From the IMG/VR virus record IMGVR_UViG_3300025466_000014: 64,000 bases of DNA. The stretch is one strand, 5' to 3'. The translations under genes and the position numbers were made by a program. This DNA comes from a virus. Below, in pieces: positions 43,780 to 53,299 of the stretch (position 1 is its first letter; each line of letters begins with the position of its first letter). The notes under the pieces were generated by a model. The model was given only the letters and a program-made list of their open reading frames with translations. It was not told the origin of the DNA and ran no database searches.

Positions 43780-44070
43780 ATGCAAATAAACTTTTTGTTT
43801 AAAAAACCGGAACCGCCCAAAACCAAAGTACACGTCCTAAAATCGTGGCCGCAGTTTATGGACTCCTTTGAAGATGGCTCTTTGACCTTTGACATTCGTA
43901 TTAACGACCGTTCTTTTCAAAGAGGCGACTTCCTGGTACTGCGCGAGTTTGACCAGCATAAAAAAGAGTACGTCCCTCATGGGCGCACATTTAAATTCAC
44001 AATTACCTACGTCCTTTCAGGTTGGGGCGTTGCTCCCGGGCACGTAGGGCTTGCTTTGCAGCGGCATTAA
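43780..44070 (+). CDS. DUF3850 / ASCH (PUA-like) domain protein
   Basis: H.LKSWP.F.......TF.IR.NDR.FQ.GD.LVLREF...ITYV. Confidence 0.85.
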   Translation: MQINFLFKKPEPPKTKVHVLKSWPQFMDSFEDGSLTFDIRINDRSFQRGDFLVLREFDQHKKEYVPHGRTFKFTITYVLSGWGVAPGHVGLALQRH

Positions 44071-44090
44071 AATTGAAACTGTTTAGCACG

Positions 44091-44200
44091 TTTTTTCACC
44101 TAAAAACGTGCTAAATCTGCATAAAAATGCTGTTTTTTTGCTGTAAAAGCACAGTAGACCACCTGTTTTTACCAAAATTACCACCTTTTTGTGTTAAAAT
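44091..44200 (+). promoter_or_regulatory. Extended -10 promoter TGTTAAAAT with phased A/T tracts
   Basis: TG-T-TAAAAT 44192-44200 followed by AAATTGCGG; A/T runs about every 10 bp upstream. Confidence 0.65.
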
Positions 44201-44271
44201 AAATTGCGGGCAGCGCAGACCGACAACCTGCGTAATTTTGTAAACTGTTTATTTAATTTAGGAGTGTTTCA

Positions 44272-44535
44272 ATGAAAAAAGCTCTGTTCACCAAAAAAGA
44301 AATCCTGGCCCTTAAACCCGGCACATGGATTTTTGTTAAATGGAACGACAGCGAGCCAACCAGCGCCTTGCTGGTTTTTAAACCAGAAAACGAACCTGGT
44401 GAAATACCTCTGACCTGCTTTCACCCTAAGCTGGGTCACGTAAACAGTTGGGTCGTACACACCCAAGTTATTGGCATCGGTGAAACAATCTTAGTTCCCG
44501 AGCCTGTTGCCCAAGTTGCAAGCATTGGAGCATAA
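44272..44535 (+). CDS. Hypothetical protein
   Basis: AGGAG RBS. Confidence 0.75.
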   Translation: MKKALFTKKEILALKPGTWIFVKWNDSEPTSALLVFKPENEPGEIPLTCFHPKLGHVNSWVVHTQVIGIGETILVPEPVAQVASIGA

Positions 44536-44872
44536 AATGCTTATTGCAAAAACAGGCACCCTCAAATACCGTTTCTTTATGTTATTTCCTGCCTTTACCG
44601 GCGTTCACATTGAGTCGGCTCGCGTAGGCAACGATTGCGCTACCTACGTTAGCATTTCTTGGCAGCCTAAAATTTACCTACGTTCATTATTTAGGAATTA
44701 AGATGGTTGTAGTAGGAAGTAAAGCTTGGTGCGAATCCTGTGCCGCTTTGTATCTAAAACTTGCCGAAAAGAGGTTTAGCAAGGCGGTTGTAAGTGATTT
44801 CGATGTGCATATTGCACACCATTACCTGTTTGAATCTTTTATTTGGTCTACCACTAAACCTTGGAGTACTTG

Positions 44873-45130
44873 ATGACACAAGATCAACTTGACGCTGTAA
44901 ACAAAGAAGCTACAGACTGCATGGAGCAATTTCTCAATGGACTAATCACCATAGTAGAGTTTGCAAAGTTCATGTCTGTGTTGGACAGAAAATTTACCGC
45001 AGACCCAGACCTTTACGGGTTGCTTGACCCCAATACCGGACTGCGTTTCCCCACAAAAGAGGAAACCGACGCTTTCATGGCAAGTGTGGACTTGCGGATG
45101 GAGGAACAAAAACTCCCAGTTGTAGGTTAA
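44873..45130 (+). CDS. Hypothetical protein
   Basis: GGAG RBS, MTQDQL... Confidence 0.65.
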   Translation: MTQDQLDAVNKEATDCMEQFLNGLITIVEFAKFMSVLDRKFTADPDLYGLLDPNTGLRFPTKEETDAFMASVDLRMEEQKLPVVG

Positions 45131-45193
45131 CTTAAAATTTTACAGGTGGCTTAAAAACCCACCTATCCTTGATTAACTATCGAAAGGCTAAAA

Positions 45194-46162
45194 ATGAAAA
45201 ATGCGGTTGAACTTTCTGAAAAAATCAACAATTGGATACACGTTGCTCTTAGGGACTTTAAAGGCAACGGCATAAACTTGGCAACAGCAGTGGCTACTTT
45301 AGCTTATAAAGAAGCAGCCTCCGACACTTTGGAGTCGCTTTTGAGTTCTAAGATCGCTCTTAAGGAAGGCTTGCGTGAGCTTTTCATAAAAGAATACGTA
45401 GAAAGTGACGAGGTTAAGGGCTGGCGTAAACGCCAGCATATCCTGCTGGATTGTTTAGAGGACATTATGCACTCTACCGATGACAACGCTACAGCAGCAA
45501 AAGCCAAATATGCTATATGGGAAGTTGGTGGTATTTACGTAGGTAAGAATCTGAATCCAGACAAATCGGTAGATTCTGATGAGACTGACAAGTCTGACAA
45601 GTCTAATAAACCTACCAAATCGGTTTCAGACGAAGGTGAAAACACAAATGTAGAAATAGGTGCAATAAAACCCTACTGGTCGTCTGAGATTATACTTCCC
45701 TATAATGTAAAGTTTTTGCGTACAACGGTTCACAACCGCACAATCTACGACTGGTATCTGTCTGATGATGCATACGTGTCTAATGAACTTATTGCTAAAT
45801 ACGGTGACGGCCCTAGCTTGCATACTTTCTTCTACGTTGATTCAGAGCCTACCTCTTCTCTAGCCCAAGAAGCCCGAGACGTTTTTAACCTGTATAAGCA
45901 GGAAGAGGCGTTCTTAATTAAAGATGTGCCTGCCGTTAACGAGGCACGCCGAGAAGTGGTAGGCGACTACATAAAAAAGCTTTCAAGTTTGCCCAGAGAC
46001 AAAAACTTGTCTTCTGACCAAGTTCGAGAATTACGCGCAACTCTTTTACAGTCCTTGACAGAGTACTTGCTAGAGTTGGAGCACACTGAAGGCGTTTTAA
46101 AAGGCCTCTTGGCACGTCATCGGTTGGTAGCAAATTTTGTTGTCCGTTCCTTGGAGATTTAA
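45194..46162 (+). CDS. Hypothetical protein (322 aa)
   Basis: Long ORF. Confidence 0.75.
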   Translation: MKNAVELSEKINNWIHVALRDFKGNGINLATAVATLAYKEAASDTLESLLSSKIALKEGLRELFIKEYVESDEVKGWRKRQHILLDCLEDIMHSTDDNATAAKAKYAIWEVGGIYVGKNLNPDKSVDSDETDKSDKSNKPTKSVSDEGENTNVEIGAIKPYWSSEIILPYNVKFLRTTVHNRTIYDWYLSDDAYVSNELIAKYGDGPSLHTFFYVDSEPTSSLAQEARDVFNLYKQEEAFLIKDVPAVNEARREVVGDYIKKLSSLPRDKNLSSDQVRELRATLLQSLTEYLLELEHTEGVLKGLLARHRLVANFVVRSLEI

Positions 46163-46390
46163 GTGTTAAAAAATTTAGAGCAGATCGGAAAAATAAACGA
46201 TTTTAGAATCGTTGTTAGTGAAGATAACAACATTACTATTATTGTAAGCAAACAACCGTTCTACGTAACTACCAAAGACACGGGAGAGTGGTCTATGGTT
46301 AAAAAGATGGATGCAGAGTACATCTTCATTTTGAAAGGCATGTTTTCTCCAACCGAAGAGCTTCCCTTCTTTTTTGTGCGCAACTTTTAA
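46163..46390 (+). CDS. Hypothetical protein
   Basis: Packed ORF. Confidence 0.55.
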   Translation: MLKNLEQIGKINDFRIVVSEDNNITIIVSKQPFYVTTKDTGEWSMVKKMDAEYIFILKGMFSPTEELPFFFVRNF

Positions 46391-46403
46391 TTTAGGATTT
46401 AAA

Positions 46404-47399
46404 ATGGCTACTAAGAAATATGAATTTGTTGAAGGTGACATTCGTCTTTACTCCAACCGTGTCTTGAAACGGATTAGGCTTCTAAAAGATATTTCCCTAG
46501 AAAATGATCAGCTGCTGCGCAAAGGCACACTAGGTGGTTATATCGAGACTGAGAATAACCTCTCACAACAGAGCACCTGCTGGGTTCACGCAGAAGCTCT
46601 GGTATTTCATAATGCCAGAGTTTCGGACGAGGCGCAGATTAAAGAGCAGGCTCGGGTTTATGGGGCAGCCTACGTAAATGAAAAAGCAGTCATTTCCGGA
46701 GCGGCTCACATTTACGGCAATGCTCACGTCTTTGATAGAGCCCTTGCTGAAGGTAAGTGTTTCATTTATGGATGCGCTAAAATTTCCGGCGGAGCAACTG
46801 TTACTGACAAGTGTAAAGTCTACGGTAATGCAAAAGTTTATGGCGACGCGCAAATTTGTCAGTCGGCAAAAGTTTATGGCGACGCCCTTGTTTGTGGTTA
46901 TGCAAAAGTTTATGGCAGTTCTGTAATTTACGACGATGTTTTTATTATGGGCAATGCAACAATAGACGGGAATTCCCAAATCTACGGAAGGGCAAATATT
47001 TCGGATAGTGCTCGCATTCTTAATGCGCGTGTATTTGGGTGCTCACGTATTAGGGGCGAGGCATTTGTGGGAAAAGATGCAGTTGTTTCAAACGCGGAAT
47101 TATCAGGCGGCTGCAAACTCCTGCATGATGCGCTTGTTTCAGAGGACGGAATGGTGTTCTACGCGCAAAATGTCGGTTCTGAGAATGGTACCTTGACGAT
47201 GTACAATACCAAAGACGGAACACTCAGAGTAACTCGTGGTTGTTTTGTGGGTACAGTAGACGAATTTCTCGAAGTTTCGGAAAAATGTCATGATACTCAG
47301 ACTCATATTGAATACCGAATGCTTATTGAGGTTGGGCATTCTCGTATCAGTCGTTGCCTGGCAAAACAATATAGTACGCACAGCGAGGAAGAGCTGTAA
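46404..47399 (+). CDS. Left-handed beta-helix (hexapeptide-repeat) phage protein
   Basis: KRIR.L.D...G.LGGYIE.E.NLSQ...CWV, then (V/I)YG(N/D)A repeats, C-terminal V.RGCF.GT.DEF. Confidence 0.9.
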   Translation: MATKKYEFVEGDIRLYSNRVLKRIRLLKDISLENDQLLRKGTLGGYIETENNLSQQSTCWVHAEALVFHNARVSDEAQIKEQARVYGAAYVNEKAVISGAAHIYGNAHVFDRALAEGKCFIYGCAKISGGATVTDKCKVYGNAKVYGDAQICQSAKVYGDALVCGYAKVYGSSVIYDDVFIMGNATIDGNSQIYGRANISDSARILNARVFGCSRIRGEAFVGKDAVVSNAELSGGCKLLHDALVSEDGMVFYAQNVGSENGTLTMYNTKDGTLRVTRGCFVGTVDEFLEVSEKCHDTQTHIEYRMLIEVGHSRISRCLAKQYSTHSEEEL

Positions 47400-47461
47400 A
47401 CACAAGTAGTCAGTTTTAGCTTTTCCTTTCCTTTCTCCCCTCTCTTATTTTAGGATTCTAA

Positions 47462-48016
47462 ATGTCATCAGCCTCTACACCTACACCAGTCTCAATCCCA
47501 AGGGCAATCTTCTTGGACATTGAGGGTGTTGTAGTTACTCACCGCTCTATTTTGTACGCACACACTCCCGCTTTTCATTACCGCGGTGCTCGGGTTCCAG
47601 GTTGGGAAATTTTTATAGACTTTTCAGCTATGGCTCTTGTTTATCAGCTGGCTAAAGATTACAATTGCCTAATTGTTGTGATTTCAACTTTGCGCCGAGA
47701 CCCATATCTGCGTGAGGGGCTTTTGCTGGCTGCTCCTCTGTGGGCAAAAGAAGAAAATGGCGAAGGTTCTATCGCCTTCAACCTGCTCTCTCCGTTTATA
47801 ACTGGCAACAACAATACACGCGAAGAAGAGATTCTCACATTTGTGGCTAAACATAATGTTGAGAAATACGTGGTCATTGACGACCGGAAACTTGACACAG
47901 AGTTTCTAGTTCACGTTTCACCTGGTGACGGCTTTACTTTAGACGCCTTTTACAAGGCAGGCGATATGCTTGCTGATGAAAATCACCCAGTTGTTAACCA
48001 CGCTATCTTTCTTTGA
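47462..48016 (+). CDS. HAD-superfamily protein (Swiss-army-knife RNA-repair-like HAD)
   Basis: IFLDIEGV, VVISTLR, EI...YVVIDD. Confidence 0.75.
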   Translation: MSSASTPTPVSIPRAIFLDIEGVVVTHRSILYAHTPAFHYRGARVPGWEIFIDFSAMALVYQLAKDYNCLIVVISTLRRDPYLREGLLLAAPLWAKEENGEGSIAFNLLSPFITGNNNTREEEILTFVAKHNVEKYVVIDDRKLDTEFLVHVSPGDGFTLDAFYKAGDMLADENHPVVNHAIFL

Positions 48017-48017
48017 T

Positions 48018-48314
48018 ATGAAAAAAGTTAAACTAAACGTAAAAGACATGTTTTTGGAAAATCCCAAGGCTGCACGTAAGGCAGTTAGGCAGGCTTTAAA
48101 GCAAGAACTTTGTCGAGTTCGTTTTCTAAAGCTTGACGGTACAATGCGTGTAATGTGGTGCTCGCAGCATCCAACATTTATGCCCCCACCTCAACCGAAA
48201 AAAGAAGACGCTTCTCGTGAAAAAGATAAAGAGCATTTTGCAGTTTGGGATATTGAGGCTGAAGGTTTTAGGAGCTTTAAACTTGAGACAGTTAAGACAC
48301 TTTCATATACCTAG
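48018..48314 (+). CDS. WYL_2/SH3-like beta-barrel protein
   Basis: V.F.K.DGT.R.M......P...VWD.E..GFRSFK. Confidence 0.8.
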   Translation: MKKVKLNVKDMFLENPKAARKAVRQALKQELCRVRFLKLDGTMRVMWCSQHPTFMPPPQPKKEDASREKDKEHFAVWDIEAEGFRSFKLETVKTLSYT

Positions 48315-48395
48315 CTTTCTGCTTTTCTTTGTCTTGTTCTTGTTAATCTTTTTGTCGCCGCTTATTTCATTTTTACTTTTTCGTTAGGAAATCAA

Positions 48396-49064
48396 ATGAT
48401 TGATACTCTACCATTTAAACGCCTGCTGCATAATGTAGCGGTAATTGACCTAGAGACATTTTCTCTAGAAACAAATGCCGTTGTTTACGAATTTGGTCTT
48501 ATAATTACTAACGTAGTTCCAGTCACAAGACCAGACCACCCAAACTGGCAGTCGTTTGGAGTTACTAAACTTGAGAGCTTAATTCAAGATAAGCAGGAAG
48601 ATTATGCACTGCCCTTAATCTTTCAAACCTACCAATGGTTTCCTCACATAGGTGAGCAGTGTGTATTGGGTTTATCTCTAGACAAAGAAACTGTTGATTT
48701 TCATAAAAAATTAGATGCAAACTTTATAGAAACCTACACCGAAAGACAAAAAGTTTCTATCTCTGTTAAAGAACTGCATAGCAAACTGAAGGCAGCATTA
48801 GAACAATTTTCCGTAAAAGAGATCTACGCCAATCACCCACAATTCGACTTGATAATTACGCGCAATCTATTCAAGACTGTAGGATTAAATAATCCTTGGA
48901 AGTACAACGAGGAATTCGACATTGCAACGGTACGTAAAGTTTACCAAAACTCCTTAGGTAAAGGCATGGCAGATTTTTCAAAATTGGAAAAATTGCCCAA
49001 CGTAATTCACACAGCCTTAGGCGATTGCCTTTGGAACCTTCACATTTTAGGATTGGGGATTTAA
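48396..49064 (+). CDS. 3'-5' exonuclease (DEDDh; ExoVIII/Rv2179c-like)
   Basis: IDLET, N.P.FDL, PW.Y...D..T, HTALGDC. Confidence 0.85.
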   Translation: MIDTLPFKRLLHNVAVIDLETFSLETNAVVYEFGLIITNVVPVTRPDHPNWQSFGVTKLESLIQDKQEDYALPLIFQTYQWFPHIGEQCVLGLSLDKETVDFHKKLDANFIETYTERQKVSISVKELHSKLKAALEQFSVKEIYANHPQFDLIITRNLFKTVGLNNPWKYNEEFDIATVRKVYQNSLGKGMADFSKLEKLPNVIHTALGDCLWNLHILGLGI

Positions 49065-49298
49065 ATGTTAGACCCTAACGCTGAGAAAATTGAGTTCGAT
49101 ATACCTCCTGAGCTTGGCTGTACTGAACTGACAATTTGTTCTCTTGAAGAGCAAATTCGTTCTCTTTTAAAACAAATGGAATACTACGGTTTAATTCTTA
49201 CCGTCGAGCAAGTTCCAAACAAGCCCCTTGCTATGGGCAACAGTCACTATCGCGTTGGTTTGCGGGGCGACAAACAATCTTATCGTAAGCCTGCTTAA
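49065..49298 (+). CDS. Hypothetical protein
   Basis: LTVEQVP..PLAMG motif. Confidence 0.65.
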   Translation: MLDPNAEKIEFDIPPELGCTELTICSLEEQIRSLLKQMEYYGLILTVEQVPNKPLAMGNSHYRVGLRGDKQSYRKPA

Positions 49299-49336
49299 AT
49301 ACATCTTTAATCTTCTAATTTTTAATTTGCAAATTT

Positions 49337-49768
49337 ATGGATACTCCTGACCCTGTACTCGAACAAGCAATTCAACTTCTTATGTCTGCGGCTAGCTCCG
49401 GTATACGCCCATACGTAGATGGCCTGCCAACGCCTAACCGAAATTTGTGCATAGAGGTTGCAAAAAAACTTTATGACTCAAACAAGGATTTTAAAGTTCC
49501 GTTTAACATGCGCTTTTCTAGAGAGCTATCCCCGGTAAGTGGGGCAGCAGAAAAGACGCAGACAACAATTTATGAGAGCTGCATTTATCGAACTATGGCT
49601 TTTCGTTGGACGCAGTACGCAACTAACGGCGGAAGCTCTAACAAGTCCATACTTGAGCAGGCTTGGGTAACCTCCCTTGCGGACGTAGAAAAGGTAAATC
49701 AGTTTCCAGATAGTCCCTGGACATTTCCATTTGCCTGGAAACAGGTACAGCGAGTACTGATTAGCTAG
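49337..49768 (+). CDS. Hypothetical protein with a family B-like C-terminus
   Basis: FRW...ILEQAW...W..V. Confidence 0.65.
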   Translation: MDTPDPVLEQAIQLLMSAASSGIRPYVDGLPTPNRNLCIEVAKKLYDSNKDFKVPFNMRFSRELSPVSGAAEKTQTTIYESCIYRTMAFRWTQYATNGGSSNKSILEQAWVTSLADVEKVNQFPDSPWTFPFAWKQVQRVLIS

Positions 49769-49771
49769 ACA

Positions 49772-50215
49772 ATGTCTGCAAATAAAAAGCCTAAAAAGAG
49801 CTACCGCCCTAGATACGTCTGCCCAAATCCTTTGGCAGGTCTCTTGGGTGGTTTGTCTCAAATTAGTAAGGCCGCAAAAATCCGAATAGCAATAATAAAC
49901 CATAGCGCAGTTTACGCCTTTGCTAGGGGTAAAGCCACACGTAGCGACTGGGATCATATTTGTGCTCTTATAGGCTTCATAGAAATAATGCTAGGTCTTT
50001 ATTTTACGGAGCAGCATCAGGAAATAATTGAGGAGGCCCAAATAGCGCATGCAGATGCTGGTAAGAGGTTTTTAGAGACAGACGTGTTTAGTTATACCGA
50101 GAACGAACTCTCAGTGATTAACCAAATAATTGATTTTAACGATCAAATAATGGAACAGTCTCTGATTGTTGAAGTCGAAAACGCAAACAAGATACTAAAC
50201 GCAAGCTTTGACTGA
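49772..50215 (+). CDS. Conserved phage hypothetical protein
   Basis: KK.YRPR...H.A..AF.RG.AT..DWD. Confidence 0.75.
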   Translation: MSANKKPKKSYRPRYVCPNPLAGLLGGLSQISKAAKIRIAIINHSAVYAFARGKATRSDWDHICALIGFIEIMLGLYFTEQHQEIIEEAQIAHADAGKRFLETDVFSYTENELSVINQIIDFNDQIMEQSLIVEVENANKILNASFD

Positions 50216-50229
50216 ATTAGATTGATACG

Positions 50230-50664
50230 ATGAATAAACTTTTATTTTGTAGCTCTTGCCAAGAAAATCGTGTGCCTGAGGGCGGAGTTAGTCTAAACTC
50301 TACTCGATGGGTATGCGCCAAATGTTGGACAAACAAGAGCAAGCGTTTAATGGGCGGCCCTGTTAAGAAGAAAGTTTTAATGTTGGTTAAACCTGTAGAG
50401 GGAGGAAATACCGAATTGCCGTTGGCAAAAAGAGTTTCTAGCAAAACAGTACCTAACGAAAAAACAGCGCAGGCTTTAGTATCATGGCAACCCGGACACG
50501 CCTTCATAGCACCTAATGGTCCTGTGGTTGCCATAGAGGATTTAGAAAAATTCTTTTTAGAAAGTACAGTTTACTCTTTAACTGAGAGAGAATTCATGAC
50601 TAACGCCTATACCGAGGCGGCAAAATTGACGCATCTTGTTTTGATTAGAATGACTCGTATTTAA
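50230..50664 (+). CDS. Hypothetical protein with N-terminal Zn finger
   Basis: CSSC...W.CAKC. Confidence 0.65.
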   Translation: MNKLLFCSSCQENRVPEGGVSLNSTRWVCAKCWTNKSKRLMGGPVKKKVLMLVKPVEGGNTELPLAKRVSSKTVPNEKTAQALVSWQPGHAFIAPNGPVVAIEDLEKFFLESTVYSLTEREFMTNAYTEAAKLTHLVLIRMTRI

Positions 50665-50679
50665 CTTTTGGAGATTCTT

Positions 50680-51255
50680 ATGGAAATTAAACTTAACATT
50701 GACCAAGCAAATTTTGGTGCAACTATTGAAGACGTGTTTAAGACGCTGTCTTACGAAGACAAAAAGAGTTTAGCCTCGCAGTGTATGCTTGAGGTGTTGC
50801 AAACTCCTACTAGCTTTGAGCGCGAGATGTACGCTAAAAAATGCGTTGAACGTATTATTGCTAGTCACAGTAACCGCAATTACGATAAATTGGACACAGA
50901 CGCTAAAGCTCGTGCATCCTACGAGTTTCGTGAAATGATGAGCAAGTACGAAAGCTCTTCTGAGAAGATGGTAAAAGAAATTGTTACCACTGCCATTTTG
51001 CATTACAAAGAATTGGTAGTTAAGTTGGTTACCGAGGACGAGCAGCTAAATAAACTCTATGAAGACGTAAAAGCTACAATTGTGGAAAACTTCCCCGCAA
51101 TGGTACAGGCTGCGGTGATTGCGCATTTTGCAAAAGACATGGGCAGCATTGGAGCTGCAATAACAAACGTGCAAGGTGTAGCTGAGTCCGCCAATCGAGG
51201 ACTGCAAAATCTAACCTCTAGTCTGCGTAGTCAGGGCCTAACCATCAATGTCTAA
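50680..51255 (+). CDS. Hypothetical helical protein
   Basis: GGAG RBS. Confidence 0.75.
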   Translation: MEIKLNIDQANFGATIEDVFKTLSYEDKKSLASQCMLEVLQTPTSFEREMYAKKCVERIIASHSNRNYDKLDTDAKARASYEFREMMSKYESSSEKMVKEIVTTAILHYKELVVKLVTEDEQLNKLYEDVKATIVENFPAMVQAAVIAHFAKDMGSIGAAITNVQGVAESANRGLQNLTSSLRSQGLTINV

Positions 51256-51868
51256 AATGAAAAACTTTGACAAAATCTACAGTAAGCTGGTTACCAAGCT
51301 TAACAAAAAACTGGGTGTACAGGAAGTGCCTTACAACGGCCCTGCGGCATTTACTCTAGCGCATATTGCTTACCGCGCAGGGATAAAATCCCTAGATGTA
51401 AAGCTAAATAAGAACAAGATTAAGATTGGCCAGCTTGAGGCTAAAAACTTAGAGCTCGAAAAGCTTTGCGACGCAACCTACGTTGCGCAAGGCGCAGACG
51501 CCTATAACCACGCCTGTTCCGAGATGGAAGATTTTCAAAATAAAAGAGCTCGTGCAGGCAAAGAAGTAGGCACTACTGGAAGTCTTGTTGACGGCATGGC
51601 ATGGCTTTACGAACGTCTCGACGAGCTAGAAGCTTTGCAGACAGGAAGCGCAAAGAAGTTAAGCAAAAACATGACGGCGTCAGGTACCAAACTGTATGAG
51701 TACACGTTTACTCAAGAAATCACTGAGAGTAAATCAGAGATATGCCTTAAATTTTTTGCAAAAACAGACTTGGAAGCCTTTCAGGCTTGGTGCTTAGTAC
51801 CTTTGGTTCAGGAGCTTTCACCGAATTCTGGTAAGCTTACAATTGAAACGCGACCAGTAAACGCCTAG
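51248..51868 (+). CDS. Hypothetical protein
   Basis: 206-aa ORF. Confidence 0.7.
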   Translation: MSKMKNFDKIYSKLVTKLNKKLGVQEVPYNGPAAFTLAHIAYRAGIKSLDVKLNKNKIKIGQLEAKNLELEKLCDATYVAQGADAYNHACSEMEDFQNKRARAGKEVGTTGSLVDGMAWLYERLDELEALQTGSAKKLSKNMTASGTKLYEYTFTQEITESKSEICLKFFAKTDLEAFQAWCLVPLVQELSPNSGKLTIETRPVNA

Positions 51869-51941
51869 GTAGCAAAACAATTTAAGCGGTGCTTGGCTAC
51901 TTTTAGTCAAGCACCTATTCTTTAAACGAGGAAATAAAAAC

Positions 51942-52232
51942 ATGAATTCAAAAATCAAATTTGCCATTACACCTGAAGACGGCGAGCGTCTTGCAGAGCT
52001 GTATGCTAATTTGGCTACACCACCTTTGCTTTTTATCAAAGGTGCACCGTTAGATGAAAAATTCTTCTACAAGGACGATCAAAAAAGCTTTACTGCATTT
52101 TTGTTGGGTGTAACCTTTTCTGCTTCTAGGATTAAAGAGTTTGTGGATTCCAAATTTACTAAACCAGCTTTAAGCCCTTTGTGGTTGTTGGATGCGTTGT
52201 TAGCAGAACAGGCTGAAGTTAAAAAACTGTAA
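51942..52232 (+). CDS. Hypothetical protein
   Basis: GAGG RBS. Confidence 0.7.
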   Translation: MNSKIKFAITPEDGERLAELYANLATPPLLFIKGAPLDEKFFYKDDQKSFTAFLLGVTFSASRIKEFVDSKFTKPALSPLWLLDALLAEQAEVKKL

Positions 52233-52235
52233 ATA
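52224..52235 (+). promoter_or_regulatory. Phage promoter motif AAACTGTAAATA
   Basis: Exact copy, 49 nt before ATG 52284. Confidence 0.6.
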
Positions 52236-52283
52236 CGAATTGGTTTTGCAGCAACACACCCACACCTTTAAAGGATTTTTTTC

Positions 52284-53231
52284 ATGGCGCCATCTAATGT
52301 AAACGTACTTTCTGCTCTTATACCCGGCTCAGTTTGGGCGCGACAAACAAAAAAGGGGACTACCCAATCCCGCGTTATTGCCGTTTCTAACGCAGGTTTG
52401 TCGGCTGAGGTTTTGGAGCAGTTTCCGCAACAGGTTGTCTTTGTTACGGAAAAACAAAAAATTCTAACACAAGACATTGAAACGTTCCTTGCTAACCGTT
52501 CTTTTGTTGGGTCTGACGACCAACTGGAGACTTTGGTAGCCGCTATTCTTAATCCTTCTATTCTTGACCAAGAACCAGAAGATGAAAACGGTGAAGAGAA
52601 AATTGATTTCGATAGCGTAACGATTTCCTCTAGCCTTAACGACTTGCTTAAGACAGAAGAAGCTATTACTGCTAAAAAGCCGCTACAGGTGGCGGATTTG
52701 ATTGAGGCTCAGGCGCGTGAAAGCGACGGTTCTTTTGATGAACAAGGCTCTTTTGAAGACTCTCTGCAATCTCCGGAATTGGAAATCGCAGGCGACAACA
52801 TTATGAAGCCTGAACTTGAGGAAGCATTTGTTGCTTACACAGAATCACCGTTCCACACTGGCGACACACTGCACACACTGCGCTTTGTTTTGAGTGATCA
52901 GCTCTCCCTTACCGAAGTTGCTAATGCTTTTGACATTAGCCGTGAAGATTCGATTACGTCGTTTATCGTTAACAACGGATACGAAATTTCCACTGCTGTA
53001 GAAATTGACGGCTTTGCTGGCGCTTTCCTGGAACTGAATCTTGGACAACCTGCTTTCGCAGTTCTTTACGTTACGTCTGCCGGTCACTTCCGTGCCGTCA
53101 ACTACGAAAACAACTTGCCCGAAAAAGAAGATTCAGTTGAAGACGTCGAGGTAAAGGAAACAAACCCTGAACCTGCTTTGACGGTAATTGAACAAATTAG
53201 CTCTCCTGCTAATCTAAATGTTATTGCCTAA
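52284..53231 (+). CDS. Highly acidic hypothetical protein
   Basis: D/E-rich, 315 aa; has its own promoter motif and terminator. Confidence 0.8.
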   Translation: MAPSNVNVLSALIPGSVWARQTKKGTTQSRVIAVSNAGLSAEVLEQFPQQVVFVTEKQKILTQDIETFLANRSFVGSDDQLETLVAAILNPSILDQEPEDENGEEKIDFDSVTISSSLNDLLKTEEAITAKKPLQVADLIEAQARESDGSFDEQGSFEDSLQSPELEIAGDNIMKPELEEAFVAYTESPFHTGDTLHTLRFVLSDQLSLTEVANAFDISREDSITSFIVNNGYEISTAVEIDGFAGAFLELNLGQPAFAVLYVTSAGHFRAVNYENNLPEKEDSVEDVEVKETNPEPALTVIEQISSPANLNVIA

Positions 53232-53246
53232 TTAAAGTCTTCAAAC

Positions 53247-53281
53247 GCCCCCTTGGATACAGTATCCAAGGGGGCTTTTTT
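53247..53281 (+). terminator. Rho-independent terminator
   Basis: GCCCCCTTGGATAC-A-GTATCCAAGGGGGC-TTTTTT. Confidence 0.9.
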
Positions 53282-53299
53282 GTTTATAGAAAAAATCAA

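Noticed and set aside
46560-47100. DNA tandem repeats (e.g. AAAAGTTTATGGC)
   Set aside because: Explained by the hexapeptide protein repeats of the beta-helix gene.
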